A stretch of 64,000 nucleotides of DNA from the NCBI RefSeq assembly GCF_009914755.1, contig NC_060936.1. One strand, written 5' to 3'. The DNA is from the human T2T-CHM13v2.0 reference genome, Homo sapiens. The translations under genes were made by a program, and so were the position numbers. This document shows positions 45,771-60,363 of this stretch, one piece after another. Under the pieces are notes generated by a model, which saw only the letters and a program-made list of their open reading frames with translations, had not been told where the DNA came from and searched no databases. Every line of letters starts with the position of its first letter. Position 1 is the first letter of the stretch.

Positions 45771-46360
45771 CTTTATCAATTAATGAAAATTACCAAAACA
45801 TTATATTTATTTCAGACAGATATGTAAACAAGCCAGCTAATGTTGAAAATATGAACTCTTCTCAGGACTACTCCAAGCATTCTTTAAATGTGGAAACAAA
45901 AAATAATAATAAAATCTATAGCTATAAAACTTAGGTAAAAAAGGGTAGCTGAAAAAGACATCAAAGTGAACAATATATACAAGAGATCCACTACAAAAAT
46001 ATTATAGCCTATTATTTTATACTACATTTACTTCTATGATGCACTGGCAATAACAAAGTTATAAACTCACGTTTCCTTGCAACTTTGCACCTGGCAATGA
46101 CATCAAGCAATATCCTACTTCAAAATCAAGCTTGAAGAAAATGTAAACTTTAAATTTAATAGAATATATTGGTATTTATGTGAGTATATGTGTTTAGTTG
46201 TTTGTAAATCCCAATATATTTCATATGTATGCAATTTTTAAAATATCACATTCTATCACAGAAAAATAGGCAATAGATCAAGCAAATAATATCTTCAATT
46301 TCATTTAAGAATTCCCAAGAATATGAAAATCCAGAACCTCTAAAAATAGCAGACTTTTAC

Positions 46361-46598
46361 CTCTCCAAGTTCTTCATGGCTCTGTTCAGTGTAGGTAGTC
46401 TCCTTTAAAGGCTCAACAGGCTCAGGTTCGATATATGAGTCATCTTGTCTTTCTGATGTATCTGTGTCACTTTCTTCACTTTTCCCCATCACCTCATTAT
46501 CAGACTCATCATGTTCTTGATCATTTTCTTTATCAGATTTATCAGAATACATATCTTGGTCCTTAAAATGTTGTCGTTCAATTTCACTATCATTTAAC
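46361..46598 (-). CDS. OSBPL8: OSBPL8 exon, acidic linker (LNDSEIER...SHEELGE)
   Basis: 238 nt, phase 2-0; GAG|GTAAAA. Confidence 0.93.
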
Positions 46599-46669
46599 CT
46601 TAAGGGAAAGAATTTTTAGGAGGAAGAATCAAGGATGTTAAGAATGCTCAATTCATAAATAATAATTAT

Positions 46670-46825
46670 ATACAACATTTATTGAGAATTTACTATGTGC
46701 CAGACAGTGTTCTAAGTGTTTTACATAGTGTTAATTCACTTAATCTTCAAAATAACCCTATGAGATAGGTAGTATTATTATTCTCATTTTACAGATTAGT
46801 AAACAGAGGCATAGAAAAATTAAAA
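46670..46825 (-). mobile_element. MIR
   Basis: tatgtgccag...cattttacagat..gtaaacagaggc. Confidence 0.75.
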
Positions 46826-47496
46826 ACCTAGAGAAATGCAAAAAGATGACACTCTGAGCTCTTTGCCTCTCTACCACTTGGGGCTAAAATCCTCCAAAAC
46901 CAAGAGTTTAGACTTCTTGTTAGATATTTTTCTTAGTTTTTCAAACAGCATCACTTGCATCAATCTCACTGTCACTTATGGTATGAAGAAAAAATGCAGG
47001 TCCAGATAATCAGATTCTCAACTGAACTCAAATAAATTATGACTTTCCACCTGTATAAGAAGGTTTCCAAAGTCACCTCACATGAGTCCAAGAAAAATAT
47101 ATGAAAATGGTAAATGATAAACAATTATATTAAATTCTATTCGTCTGAAAGGTTTAATCCTGAGCCAAAATCCAGAGAGAATTAAAAATGAAAATTTCAG
47201 CTGAAAGAAATTAACCTATGGACTAAAATCAAGTAAGTTTTGCTTAATCTACCCTATTCTCACTTAAAGTGATTAGGGCAAAAAATCTGTACAAAAGGGG
47301 GAAAGTCTTGGAAAGAGGTTCCAACAAATACCCATTCCTCTATCAGTAGCCCACCCCATTCCATCCTATCTCATTCGGGCACCAGGTACTTGGGATTAAG
47401 ATAAAGCTCCAGATCGTAGGTCTGCAAAGAAATAACATAAAAGGTCAGGTAATGGAGATTTTAAAGAGAGTGGGGGAAAAAAGAAAAGAAAAAAAA

Positions 47497-47710
47497 CCTG
47501 GGCAACATAGTGAGACTATGTCTCAATAAATAAATAAATAGATAAGCCAGCCAGCCAGCCCAGTGTGGTAATACAGGCCTGTAGTTCTCACTACTGGGCA
47601 GGTTGAGACTGGAAGATGGCTTGAGCCCAGGAGTTCCAGGTTACAGTGAGCTATGATTGTGCCACTGCACTGCAGCCTGGGCAACAGAGTGAGTCCCTGG
47701 CTCTAAAAAA
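47497..47710 (+). mobile_element. 5'-truncated AluJ
   Basis: cctgggcaacatagtgagac through the right arm. Confidence 0.8.
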
Positions 47711-48520
47711 TTTTTTAAAGTAATACAGACAGAAAAAAAAAAGAAACAAGCAAAATGATAGGGAAGAAATGTCTAAATCAGGCAATATGAAGAAGAGGAG
47801 AATAGCAGTCTAACTTTGAGAAGAGCAACCTCAATGCTGATGAAAGTGGTTACAGAGCAGAAGCCAAGGGGTGGGGACAGGGAGGAAATAGAAAAGTCTA
47901 ATGTTTTTCCTGCAAAGCAACAAAAAGACCTGAATCTCAAGAAAGTCTTTGCACTACTGCCCAGTTTCCTTGGAGAAATGCTTTTTTAGTGTTAACTACA
48001 ATAAATGCTTCAGGGAATAAAACCACAAATAGGATACAGTTCCATTCCAAACAGAAATATAAATGAATTTCACAAATACCAGGTAGAGTAAGTCCAGTGC
48101 CATTACTAAAAACATGTTACTCTATAGAAAGACAGATTATGTCTCATAGTTATAAGGTTTCACACATGATGTAATATTTGAGACTGATCTTGAAGAATAT
48201 ATAGACAGGAGAAAAGCGTAAGGAGGAGTAGGCAGAAATCATTCTTAATAGAAGGGACATCATGCACAGACAAGGTGAATAATTAGCATGGCTATATTTG
48301 GGAAAGATAAAGTAAATCACGTTGGCTGGAATCAAGGAAATACATTTCTACACCTGATTATAGCAGCTAAACAAATTTTAAGCCGGTTCCTAGGCCATAT
48401 AATGGGAAGATATGCAAATTTCAGTCCTAGATACACTACTAAAATTCTAGGCCTGCCAACTAATTTTGTGAACAGTATGGTCTCTGAAACATTACCAACT
48501 CAGCGGCAATATCTACTTAC

Positions 48521-48692
48521 TGGAAGTTATCACCACTGTGGAGATTGTTAGCACGTAGTAAGCCATAGAAAGTCACATGTGTGCTATCTGATGAAACGCT
48601 CAGGTCATGTTCCTTTCCTTCTCTGATCATTGTACGTTTAAGAAGACTAGAACATTTCAAAGCCAACTCCAAAGCATCCATCCAGCACCTTC
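48521..48692 (-). CDS. OSBPL8: OSBPL8 exon (GRCWMDALELALK...HSGDNF), PH C-terminal helix
   Basis: 172 nt, phase 1-2; CA|GTAAGT; PH-signature Trp. Confidence 0.95.
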
Positions 48693-49368
48693 CTAAAAGA
48701 ACACAGATTCATAAGCACTATAATTTTTAAAACTATGAAACTAGCATGCATCTTAACTTACCCTGTTACCACTATTTCTTTGAGAAACATGCACTGGAAA
48801 AGTTAATCTGAACATAACATCTTGCTAGAATTTAATGAAATCTTTCCGTTTTTCAAATGCTTTTCACATACTAAGCACACCACTGATAAATGAATAGTAT
48901 ACAGCATGCATTAGAAACTATACCCAATCTAAAATAAACATACTTTATTTTTCAAATCTTAGAACATTAACATGCAGTATAATTTGAAGGTATCAAGCAA
49001 GGTACATAAAATACACTTGAGGATTTATGATTCTACTACAAACAAACTATCTGAAGTAACTGTTTTTGTTAATAGGAGGTCTATCCTCAAGATTAACAAC
49101 CATTCTACTTGTATGTATGAAACTTTTTAAGTCAGGAAAATGCCTGCATAATGCTACCATTAACTGCCATATTAGTTAAGAGAAACATTAATAGTTTTAT
49201 TTTTTAAGTAAAAATTTAAAAGTGAATTAGCAGAAAACTTTTCATTTATATTTGTTTAGGGCTCTTAATTTTCATATATATCACTTCAAGATTTGCTGGG
49301 AATATCAGCCAAGTAAAGCATCTTCATATTGAAAGCTCATACCTATATTTTAATTTAAAAAAATCATC

Positions 49369-49989
<621 letters not shown>

Positions 49990-50585
49990 TCAGATAAAAG
50001 TAAACTTTGGAAGGTTAGAAGATTCCCTATACCAACCTTGTCTAAACTATGAAACATGAAAGCATGAAAGTGAGGACAAAATCCATTATTAATTATTAAG
50101 ATTTTAAAGTTACCTTGATATCATTTAAGTTTTTCTCTCTCCATATTTGCTTCATGAATTAAGTGTTAAAGGAGGAATAAAAAAGGTTGTACTCGAATCT
50201 CTTACATAAAAAAAAACAAAACCAAAACAATGTATATGTCTCATAAATGGTAACATTTAGTAGTAAAATATAAAAAGTATTAAATATATCTTTAAGAGTA
50301 CCATAAAGACCACTAACAAATAAAAAGGTGTTAATATGTCCATGGAGGATGAAGAAGAAAACTCTGAACTGCTAACTCTTCAGTAAATCACACAATGCTT
50401 CCTTTCTATCAGATTTTTGTCTATTAAGTTACTCATATATTTAGCATTCAAAACAATTTATGATTACCATGCTTCTGCTGCAAATGCCATACTAAAAATA
50501 TATTTCCCCAGAATAATACAAAGTGGCATTAAAAAAACTCTTAAAAATGAAGACCAAAATCCAATCCATCAAAAACTATACTTAC

Positions 50586-50670
50586 CATCTGACTCTGAAG
50601 TAGCTCGGATGATCAAATAACTGCTAGGTAAGGGTTGAGTAATGGATCCAACCGCTTCACCTTTTGGACC
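50586..50670 (-). CDS. OSBPL8: OSBPL8 exon (GPKGEAVG...RATSESD), PH domain
   Basis: 85 nt, phase 0-1; G|GTAAGT. Confidence 0.94.
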
Positions 50671-51544
50671 CTTAATAACAAAATAAACAAAATAAATGGT
50701 ATAGAGTAATTATTATGAGATCTCATCTTTACACTATCCAATATTATCTGTAATAATCTAAATCAGGTATGGATTATAATCTAAAGGCAAATGAGCTTTA
50801 ATTTCATCATTCTTGAGAATGCAAATGTTAAGTATTAAGAAAAATTTTCTAACAAATATATCTCCTTAGCAGAAAACTGAACAAATGAATTATCACTTAA
50901 ATATTATCTCTACATACTGCTTACATACTAAAGAGAACCTAAAGTTTACCATATAAAACCAAATTTTAACAATGTCCATCCCATGGATACAACTAATGAG
51001 ATAAGAAATACTAAATTTCTAGAAGGCTAAAGAAAGCATGTGGAAATAGAATTATAATTTAAAAAAAGAGAAATGAACTTTAACTGGGTCTAGGGAAAAA
51101 TAAATCTCCACTTTATAACCAATGACATACACCTGTTTTTAAACACCAACTATATAAGCTGATTTTATTTTTCCAGAAACATGAAAGAAAAAGAAATTCT
51201 GTCGTTGTTGTTGGCTAGGGTTGTTTGTTTTAGAAGTATACAATACCAACACTAATTAGTATCACCAATGCTAAACTTAGGTAGACACGAATCTGGAAAG
51301 AAAACTAAGTACTGAATTTAAAGTATAATTTTGATACAAAAGCATAATTTTTAAGTTGTTTTCAAAGGGTTCTTTAAAGTTATTAGGTCAAAAAATGAAA
51401 TAAATTTCCAAAAAGCATAACATTAGAAAGTAAAGATGTAGATTCAAAACGAAAACAGAAAAAAAATTTAATATGACTTTAACAAATACCGTAATAATCT
51501 GCATTTTCAAAATAGCTTTACAATTTATGGGCCAGTTCCTAAAA

Positions 51545-51740
51545 CCAGTATATAGTGGGACATGGAATCAGACTGCCTGGGTTTCAATCATGGCTCCATG
51601 CTAGAAAAACAGGGTTCAATCTCTTTATGTGTACAATGGGAAGAAACTGTATCCTCCTTATAGGTATGAGAATTAAATAAATGATTTCATGTAAAATATT
51701 CAAGTACCTGACACAAAGAACTCATAGCTGTTACTATTTC
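51545..51740 (+). mobile_element. MIR
   Basis: ggaatcagactgcctgggtt... Confidence 0.55.
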
Positions 51741-51937
51741 TTAATCACAAACACTGGCTTCTAAAATATTTAAACAATATCCTAAGTAGGTTTTGCTTGT
51801 GGGAAGTATTTATATAATTATACAGATTTCTCTCTTCTTCCAATATTAAGAATTAAATATTATAAATTTGACATTAAAATCATTAATGGCTTAAAAATTT
51901 ATTTTAATGCTTGCAATTCCTAAGAGTAGTAGAATAC

Positions 51938-52024
51938 TATATATATATATACATATATGTGTGTATATATAGTATTTTTGTATATGTATATATATGGTAT
52001 TTATATGTATGTTTATATATATAT
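51938..52024. repeat. (TA)n/(TG)n low-complexity tract
   Basis: Direct read. Confidence 0.85.
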
Positions 52025-52418
52025 TTTTTGTTGTTTAAAAAGGTTTTGAAAGTCGTTTTCTCCACTTGAGAATCGCTTAATATATAAATGTCAGAGGTTC
52101 GGGGGGTTAAATTCTTTCCCCTGCAGGAAGCACCTAACCTCAGAATGGAACTAACTCGGTGATCCCAAATGTATTCTCGCTGTGACTCCCGACTACTGAA
52201 ATAACGATTAAAAAGTCCAAGTCTTTTCCTAGGTGTATGTGTATTACGTTATTAAGCAATACCCTCCCCGCCCAAGAAAAAAGGATTAAGCTACTTTTAG
52301 TTAACCGTAATCTCAATTAGTTGGTTTTCCCTAAAGGAGAAATTCTACCTTCTTTATTCTACGATAGCTGGCCTTCTTAGAAACTAAAGCAATGATCATT
52401 TCGTAAAAACTTAAACTA

Positions 52419-52700
52419 GGCTAGGCATGGTGGCTCACATCTGTAATCCCAGCACTTTGGGAGGCTGAGGCAGGAGGGCCCAGGAATTCAAGACCAGCCT
52501 GGGCAACACAGAAAGACCCCATCTCTACAAAAAATGTTTAAAAAAATTAGCTGAGCATGGTGATACGTGCCTGGGGTCCTAGCTACTTGGGGGGCTGCGG
52601 TGGGAGAACTGCTTAAGCACGGGAGGTTGAGGCTGCAGTGAGCAATGATCATGCCACTGCAGTCCAGCCTAGGTGACAGTAAAACCTTGCCTAAAAAACA
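52419..52700 (+). mobile_element. AluJ
   Basis: Forward Alu; cttaaact on both flanks. Confidence 0.9.
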
Positions 52701-52757
52701 CACATACATACACAAAACCACTTAAACTTGATTCATTTATTCAGTTAGTATAATGCT

Positions 52758-53060
<303 letters not shown>

Positions 53061-53634
53061 TAATGCTTTGCAGTTATAAAAAACATTAATGCTTCATCTT
53101 TAAAGAAACCTGCCTCTTTCTCAAGAGTAAGTAATTAAAAAAAATTTTTTTTTTAAGAGTAAGAAAGATTGCTTCTGCTTATAGGCTTTACATCACTACA
53201 GGAAAGACCATAAAAATAAATGGCAGTTTCTGTTCCAGGGAATCCTACTTACCATTTTGACAAAGAGAAAAATCACAGGGGGTGGGGAGGGGGGGTGGGG
53301 GCAGGTGGGTGGGAAAAAAAAAACCAACAACAATAAATATAATACAATGTTACAAAGCCGAGTTAGTAATTAGAAACTGAAAAAAACAGTACAAATTGAA
53401 TCCCCAAGGGCAAAAGAGATAAAAAGATGCAATATAAAAAGTTAGACCTCAAAGGTAAAGCTTTTTGGTGCACATTTTGTTGTGGGTAGAGGCAGAATGG
53501 GGGAATAATGCAATGGAAAGCAGAACAGATTTATAAGTCCTGGCAGAGGACTAAACTCATTTGATTGATGTATCTCAGTTCTATTCATGGATTATCATCT
53601 TTACCTTTCACCTATGTAACAAGGGCTTACATAC

Positions 53635-53838
53635 CTTCACTGCCCAAATAGATTGCTCCAAAGGATGGAAAAGTTTGAAACAAAAGCCATCCTTTTTTGA
53701 TGGACGTTCAATGATTTCACAGGCATTCAGAAGAACTGTTCCTACCCACTGACCATTTTTTTGGGTTTTATAGATCAGTAGCACCCCAGGTTTCAACACA
53801 CACCATAACTTGGTCCAGCTCTTTAGAGTACCACGAAT
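53635..53838 (-). CDS. OSBPL8: OSBPL8 exon (IRGTLKSWTKLWCVLK...SIWAVK), PH domain core
   Basis: 204 nt, phase 0-0; AAG|GTATGT. Confidence 0.96.
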
Positions 53839-55813
53839 CTACAGAAAGATAAATTTATTTTAAAAAGGAAGATCTGTTCTCCAAGGTCCAAACGAAAATA
53901 CTGCAAATAAGATGTTTTAATCTAAAATTTCCATAACACGTACACTTTAAATATTTTATTTAAAAGCTACTACATGGCAAGCACAGCAAACAGACATGAA
54001 AATGACATGGCTCTTATTTCTAAGAAACTTAAATTTTAGTGGGAGACAGGCCAACAGTTTCAAAGTAGTGTACTAAGTAGGATAATTTTCCTAATCTCCC
54101 TGACCAGGTCAGGGGCCATTAAAATATGCTTTCTTAGTACTGATATTCTTCTTTTTCTAACACTGATCATGGCTGTAATCTTATTTGTGTGCATATGATG
54201 ATTCTGCTTAAAACAATTTTTCCCCTTCACCACATCAACAGTGCTGAAAACACTGCTGGCACACACTAGGCATTCCCTAAGTATTTGGTGAGTGGTAGGA
54301 AGAGAAAATAACTTCCTCCTAGCCCCTAAAATTACCTTATTCAAATTACTTTGTTCCTAGTAATTACATAAAGTATGCCATTTAAATTTATTGGAGGATA
54401 TTTTAAAATCAAGTTACATGAATCCCTATACTCTCATAAAATGTTCTTCATCCTAGGGTTTAATGCTATGTCAATAGTAAGTCTAAAACTACTTTTTCTA
54501 TAAATTTCTATTTCCATCATCTATTAAAATGGTGTCTATGCAATTCAGTGAATTCAAAATAGTGAAAGGATGTTAATATTTAGATCAAAAATAAGAATTA
54601 TACTTTTACTGTAAAACATCTGTTATTTCAATGCACCTACATGAAGTATGAAATAATACAGGATTCCTTAATCCCCCAAATAGGCGTATCACAGTAACTC
54701 TCAACAAGAAACATTTAGAAAGAAGGAGTTGGGAGCCAGGCATGAAGAAAAGAGAAAATCTAAGATACATGTATATGTAAAAGAATGGTAAGACAAGAGA
54801 GGCGAAAGGGAGATAGGTACCCTGAAATAACATTTTGGATCATGGAGATGCAACAGAACATGGAGGACAAATTATCAGAAGGAAGGTAAGGCAGAGAAAG
54901 TCAGCCAGGCCAGGCAACGTGTTGGGGACTTAACAGAGGGCAGCTTTAACTCTGAAAAACCTAAGTGAGATCTTGAGCTAATGCACTTCTAAGTAGAGTC
55001 AAAACAAGTTGGAAGGTGTTATTAGCACAAGATCGAAAACCCTAGAATTAGTTAACTGAATTGTCAGGGAAACTATCACTAGACTCTCATTTTAGTGAGG
55101 GGAGTCCTATGACAGATTTCATAAGGATTATGAGGTCAGAGGCCTTAGTAAGTCTTGGCAAAAGTGGGTTGGGGTGATTCTCAGGTACATGCCAAGTACT
55201 AAAATTTTCTGTGAGTCAGAGTCCTACGAGATCACTCTTAAACTCAGGATTCCTACAGCTGTCTTTCAGATAAGAATGAGAAAGAGGATAGAGTGACCAG
55301 GATGAAAGAAAAGGAAAGAAAAATAACCAGAGGCCAAAAGAATAGGGTCTGGAAACAGCAATGTGTGCTTGTCTGATAATTAACAATTTTCATTTTTTAA
55401 CAATATATTATGTATCCAACTGATTATTTTAAAATAGCTTTTATATTAAGTTTGTCTCATCCTTTCAATAATATACCAAGTATATGGAATACTTAACAAT
55501 AATTGGAATAGCAAGCAATGTATTTTTTACAGCATATTGTATTAGACAACATATCACACAAACCAAAAAGCTTTTTTAAAAGAACTATACTGTATGTAAT
55601 TGATGCTATTGTTAAGAAAGACATTAAGATTCCTTCTCTTCATTAAGATGGGAACACAGAACCTCCGGGAATACAATAATAGTTTCTTTGCCAGTGAAAA
55701 ACAATCATTTTAGGAGCTGTTTTTGTCTTGTAGGCGTTAGGTATACTCCAGGCTTTTCCATTCCAGTAGGTAAACATCCAGCAATCTGAATTCATGATTC
55801 AAAACACACTGAC

Positions 55814-55915
55814 CTTTAACCAATCAGCCATAACAATAACAGAAGGATCTGTGATTGTACTGAGCAGCTCCTTTGTGGCTCTTTTCTTTTCTTCTCGGTA
55901 ATTTTTCTTTTGTAC
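55814..55915 (-). CDS. OSBPL8: OSBPL8 exon (VQKKNYREEKKR...ADWLK), polybasic segment and PH start
   Basis: 102 nt, phase 0-0; AAG|GTCAGT. Confidence 0.94.
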
Positions 55916-55965
55916 CTATTTTATAGAAATAATAGAAAAGATAAAAACTCAACAGAAATGAGCAA

Positions 55966-56523
55966 TTTATTTTAAGTTCAGGGGTACAAATGCAGGTTTG
56001 TTATATAGGTAAACCTGTGTCATGGGGTTTTGTTGTACATATTTTATCATTCAGGTATTAAGCCTAGTACCCATTAGTTACTTTTCCTGATCCTCTCCCT
56101 CCTCCCACCCTCACCCTCTGAAAGGCTCCAGTGTGTGTTGTGTCCCTCTGTGTGTCCATGTGTTCTCATCATTTTGCTTCCACTTCTAAGTGAGAACATG
56201 CAGTATTGGTTTCTGAGTTAGTCTGCTAAGGATAATGCCCTCCAGCTCCATCCATATCTTTGTAAAAGACATGATGTCATTCTTTATTATGGCCACATAG
56301 TATTCCATGGTGTACCACGTTTTCTTTATCCAGTCTCTCATTGATGGGCATTTAGGTTGATTCCATGTCTTTGCTATTGTGAACAGTGCTGCAATGAACA
56401 TATACATGCATGTGTCTTTATAACAGAATGATTACATTCCCTAGGTTATATACCCAGTAATGGGATTGCTAGGTCGAATGGTAGTTCTGTCTTTAGGTCT
56501 TTGTGGAATCACCACACTGTCTT
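55966..56523 (-). mobile_element. Older L1PA/L1PB 3' fragment
   Basis: ttttaagttcaggggtaca... 3'UTR; ORF remnant MFIAALFTIAKTWNQPKCPS. Confidence 0.88.
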
Positions 56524-56726
56524 TTATCCTAATCTAGTATTCTAAAGAGGTTTAGAATTTCATACTATAATGGTGGAGTAGAAAAGTCTAAACCGCTGTA
56601 GAATTCCAGAATCTTACAATAAAAATACTGTATTTTTTTTTTTTGAGCAGGAGTTAGTCTTAGACAACCAAGGTTAGAATCTAGTTTTTCTGATCACTAG
56701 TCCAGTTCTATGTATCTTTTAAATAA

Positions 56727-57023
<297 letters not shown>

Positions 57024-57329
57024 AATTTTACCTCTTTTTAATTACACAATGCATAAACACAGCCTCACAATAAAAATTTCAAACATAAAGCTAGAACCCA
57101 TTTTTATTATACCCCCAACCTATTCCAATCCTCTGAATTGATGACTGTTAACCTTCTGGAAAACACTGTCTTTTCAGACCTTTTCTAAGTAACAACCTAT
57201 AGAAACATGTAGATGTTGTGTTCAGCATGCAAAAAGGTCCCCCAATAAACATTTTTTGAAGAGTATTCATGTCTGTATCATTCTCATTATTTTAAATGTT
57301 ACATAGGATTCCAACTGCAAATTAAAATA

Positions 57330-57590
57330 ATAAGAGAGCTAACCCTGAGGGCATTCTGTGAACCAGCCACAGTTCTAAGCACTTTACTTGTATTGTCATT
57401 ACGTCATTTAATCCTCACAACAACCTTGTGAAGTAGAAGTATTATTATCCTTATTTTACAGACACGAAAACTGAGGCAGAGACAGTAACCTGCTCAGAAT
57501 CACACATTTAGTAAATTGTAGGGTCAGGATTCAAACAGGGGCAAACTAGCTCCCAAAGCTATTTTTTTAACCACTGGCCTATACTGCTTC
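57330..57590 (-). mobile_element. MIR
   Basis: tttaatcctcacaacaacc...ttttacaga...gaaaactgaggc. Confidence 0.8.
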
Positions 57591-58629
57591 TATAATATTT
57601 ATTAATATATTCTCTTACTGATAGAAACCTTCTCTGTTACCAATTTTTTCAAATAACAAAGAATGCCACAACTGTTTGCAATTGGAAGTTTTGCTCTCTT
57701 TCCCAATACTAATATGTAAGTTATAAATAATTAAGAAACCATAACTATAAAATTAATTTATCCAAAATATGAAAGTTTCACCTTCATAAGTTAATTCTGA
57801 TAATTTGAGGAATTAGCAGTGAATAATGAGGTCTTATTGTTGCTTTGTTGTTATAATTTGGATGGGAAAAGAGTGATGATAACCTATTAGTGACTACATT
57901 TTTAAAAACTAACAAAATCTTCCACCAGAAAAGTTGCATTTAATGATAAACAGACTAGACATAATACAATTTTAATAATTCTATACCCTCAAAACTTTAG
58001 ATTTTGGTCTTTATTAACCTATCTGATTTAATATGGGATGCAAATACAAATATATATAGGACCAGGCATGGAACACAAATGGTAAAATAGACTAGTTAGG
58101 AACCAGAGCCAGTTGGAAAGCATGTGTTTCTTAAGCTCCAGATTCTATGGCCACTCAGGAAGGTAAGCCCAGTGCTACATATTTCTCAGAGAAATTGGAA
58201 ATCTGGACTTTTAATTAACTGTTGGGTCAAAATTTTAAAACATTATGCAGGTCAAGTTCAGGCCATGACCCAGGAGTTAGCAATCTCTAATTTCAATGGG
58301 TGCCAGAGTTCCCATTAGGAGTTCCACAACATAGTGATAATATACCTAGTTTGGATACAGCTGTACAGAGATAACACATCCTCAGCCTCTGCAGTTGCCA
58401 TTTGAGGCCTAAAGCAGTCTGCTCTGTGACAGTCATCAATCAATCTTATCAGTTGACCACAGTGTACCATACAAATATTAACATTTTCTATGTGTGCCTG
58501 CCTGTCTGTACCACTGGATGTTTTTTCTTTCTTTAGGAACACACATATATATTTATCCTATTAGTCTACTTCCAAACACACATGCAAAGCACAATGTAAA
58601 TTACCTTTCAGAAACAACTGGAAACTAAC

Positions 58630-58707
58630 CTTAAGAGATTCTTTTTTTGTGAGTTTGCTTGAAGTTGAACTGTCCTTCTCTGAGCCATTATAAAGTTTAG
58701 ATTCAGA
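58630..58707 (-). CDS. OSBPL8: OSBPL8 exon (SESKLYNG...KKESLK), most 5' exon found in the window
   Basis: 78 nt, phase 0-0; tttcag|, AAG|GTTAGT; 19 exons total 793 aa, consistent with a recalled 889-aa protein missing 96 N-terminal aa. Confidence 0.92.
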
Positions 58708-59314
58708 CTGAAATCATACAGAAACAAGAGAAATTAAATCCTTCAGATTTTCTACACGTCGCATAAAAATTAATGTTAAAATTATGTGACATTTTTCTCA
58801 TTTATTGCTATGATTTAAGCAAATGTCAATTTTCAATAGAATTTTCCCTATATGTCTTTAAAAATGAATCCATGTTAAATCCATAAATATAAAAAAGTTA
58901 AAACTAATCAGTATACAAACCTACAATGTGAAGTTAAATAAGATCATCTGTAGATTTTACATTCTATTTTTTAAGAGTATTTCTAAGAACATATATAATT
59001 ATTTAGTTATTCTTAGCACAAAAGTAGCCAAAGCAATGTTATCTTTTAATAGTTGAAATATTCTAAAAACAAACAAAGACACAAATTCTAACAAGCTGAT
59101 GCACATATTGCCCTGCTTCTACTCCTCCTTCAATAGGAAGAAATACAAACACCTTTAGAAACTAGTATTAAGCCACTCTATCTAATTCGTACAGCGTGTA
59201 AACACCAATATTTCTAGGATCTACTACTTCCTACCTATCGAGTGAGTAGGATTTCCTCACTAAATTATTCATGTCTTAAATTTCTTTCCAGACTTTCAGT
59301 TTACACTTCACATT

Positions 59315-59465
59315 TTTATTTAATCTTCACAAGAATCTTGAAAAATAGGCACAACAGATTGTTTAATCTCCATTTTACAAATCATGAAAGGGAAGCTCAG
59401 GAAGGTTGATTTTCCAAACTAACAATCATTAACATTGCGGAGATCAGAACCCAGGTTTCCTAATG
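59315..59465 (-). mobile_element. MIR
   Basis: tttaatcttcacaa...ccattttaca...agaacccagg. Confidence 0.6.
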
Positions 59466-60363
59466 CAATGCTTGTTTAAAGAGACCACATAGGTTTACCA
59501 GAGTAGAAAAGCACAAAAGTTAAAAGCTCTATTTATTTTGGAAAAACAAAATTAAACATACTCCTTCAATGTCCATAAGTTTTATTTTTATCTATTGTTA
59601 GACATAAGAAAAGGCACTAAAGTTCTTAGCAGTACTCCTAAGCAGTGCCAAGAAAGTATACAGAACTTGATTCAAATGGTGGCTTTCAAATGTTGAGCGG
59701 CCAGATGTGCATAATACCACTAGATATCATCAAGGATACACACCTTTGTATACAACTCCCTCAATTTTTAGATTAATAAGAACAGATAACACATTTATTT
59801 GTCAATGATACCCAGTGTGTATCACCCGAAGAAAAGAATGAACTTAGTAAATATCTAACGAATTAATAAAATGAAAATAAAATAGGTACTTGCAGCTCAT
59901 TTCTCTCATCTCTCCTAAAAACACTTCTGCTACTTGGTATGAAAGATGGGCTATTAAGGTGATGGTATTAACTGGCTGAACCAGAAGGGAAATGCAAACA
60001 ATTCTCAATGTAGAAATCAACCTAGTTAAACTTTTGGGAAAGTTACTCCTTTAAGAATTGGAGTTGAAACATCACATTAATTACTCCAATGATGATGGCA
60101 TATATTGTGATACCAAAACAATTTCATAACATTCCTCAAGCCAAACAGGTTTCTGTCTTCTCCTTGGCCCTGGGAACACAAAATGGCATGGCTATTGTCA
60201 GAAGAATATGATGGCTTAAAATTATTAGGAGATTCTACTTCCCACAACTTAATAGGACAATGTTTATAGTAGTGTACTTTTTAGAAACTATTAAATAAAA
60301 AATACTAATAGTATTAGCTTAAAAGTTAATGAACATTCATGGTTGTTTACTATTTACCAAGTA

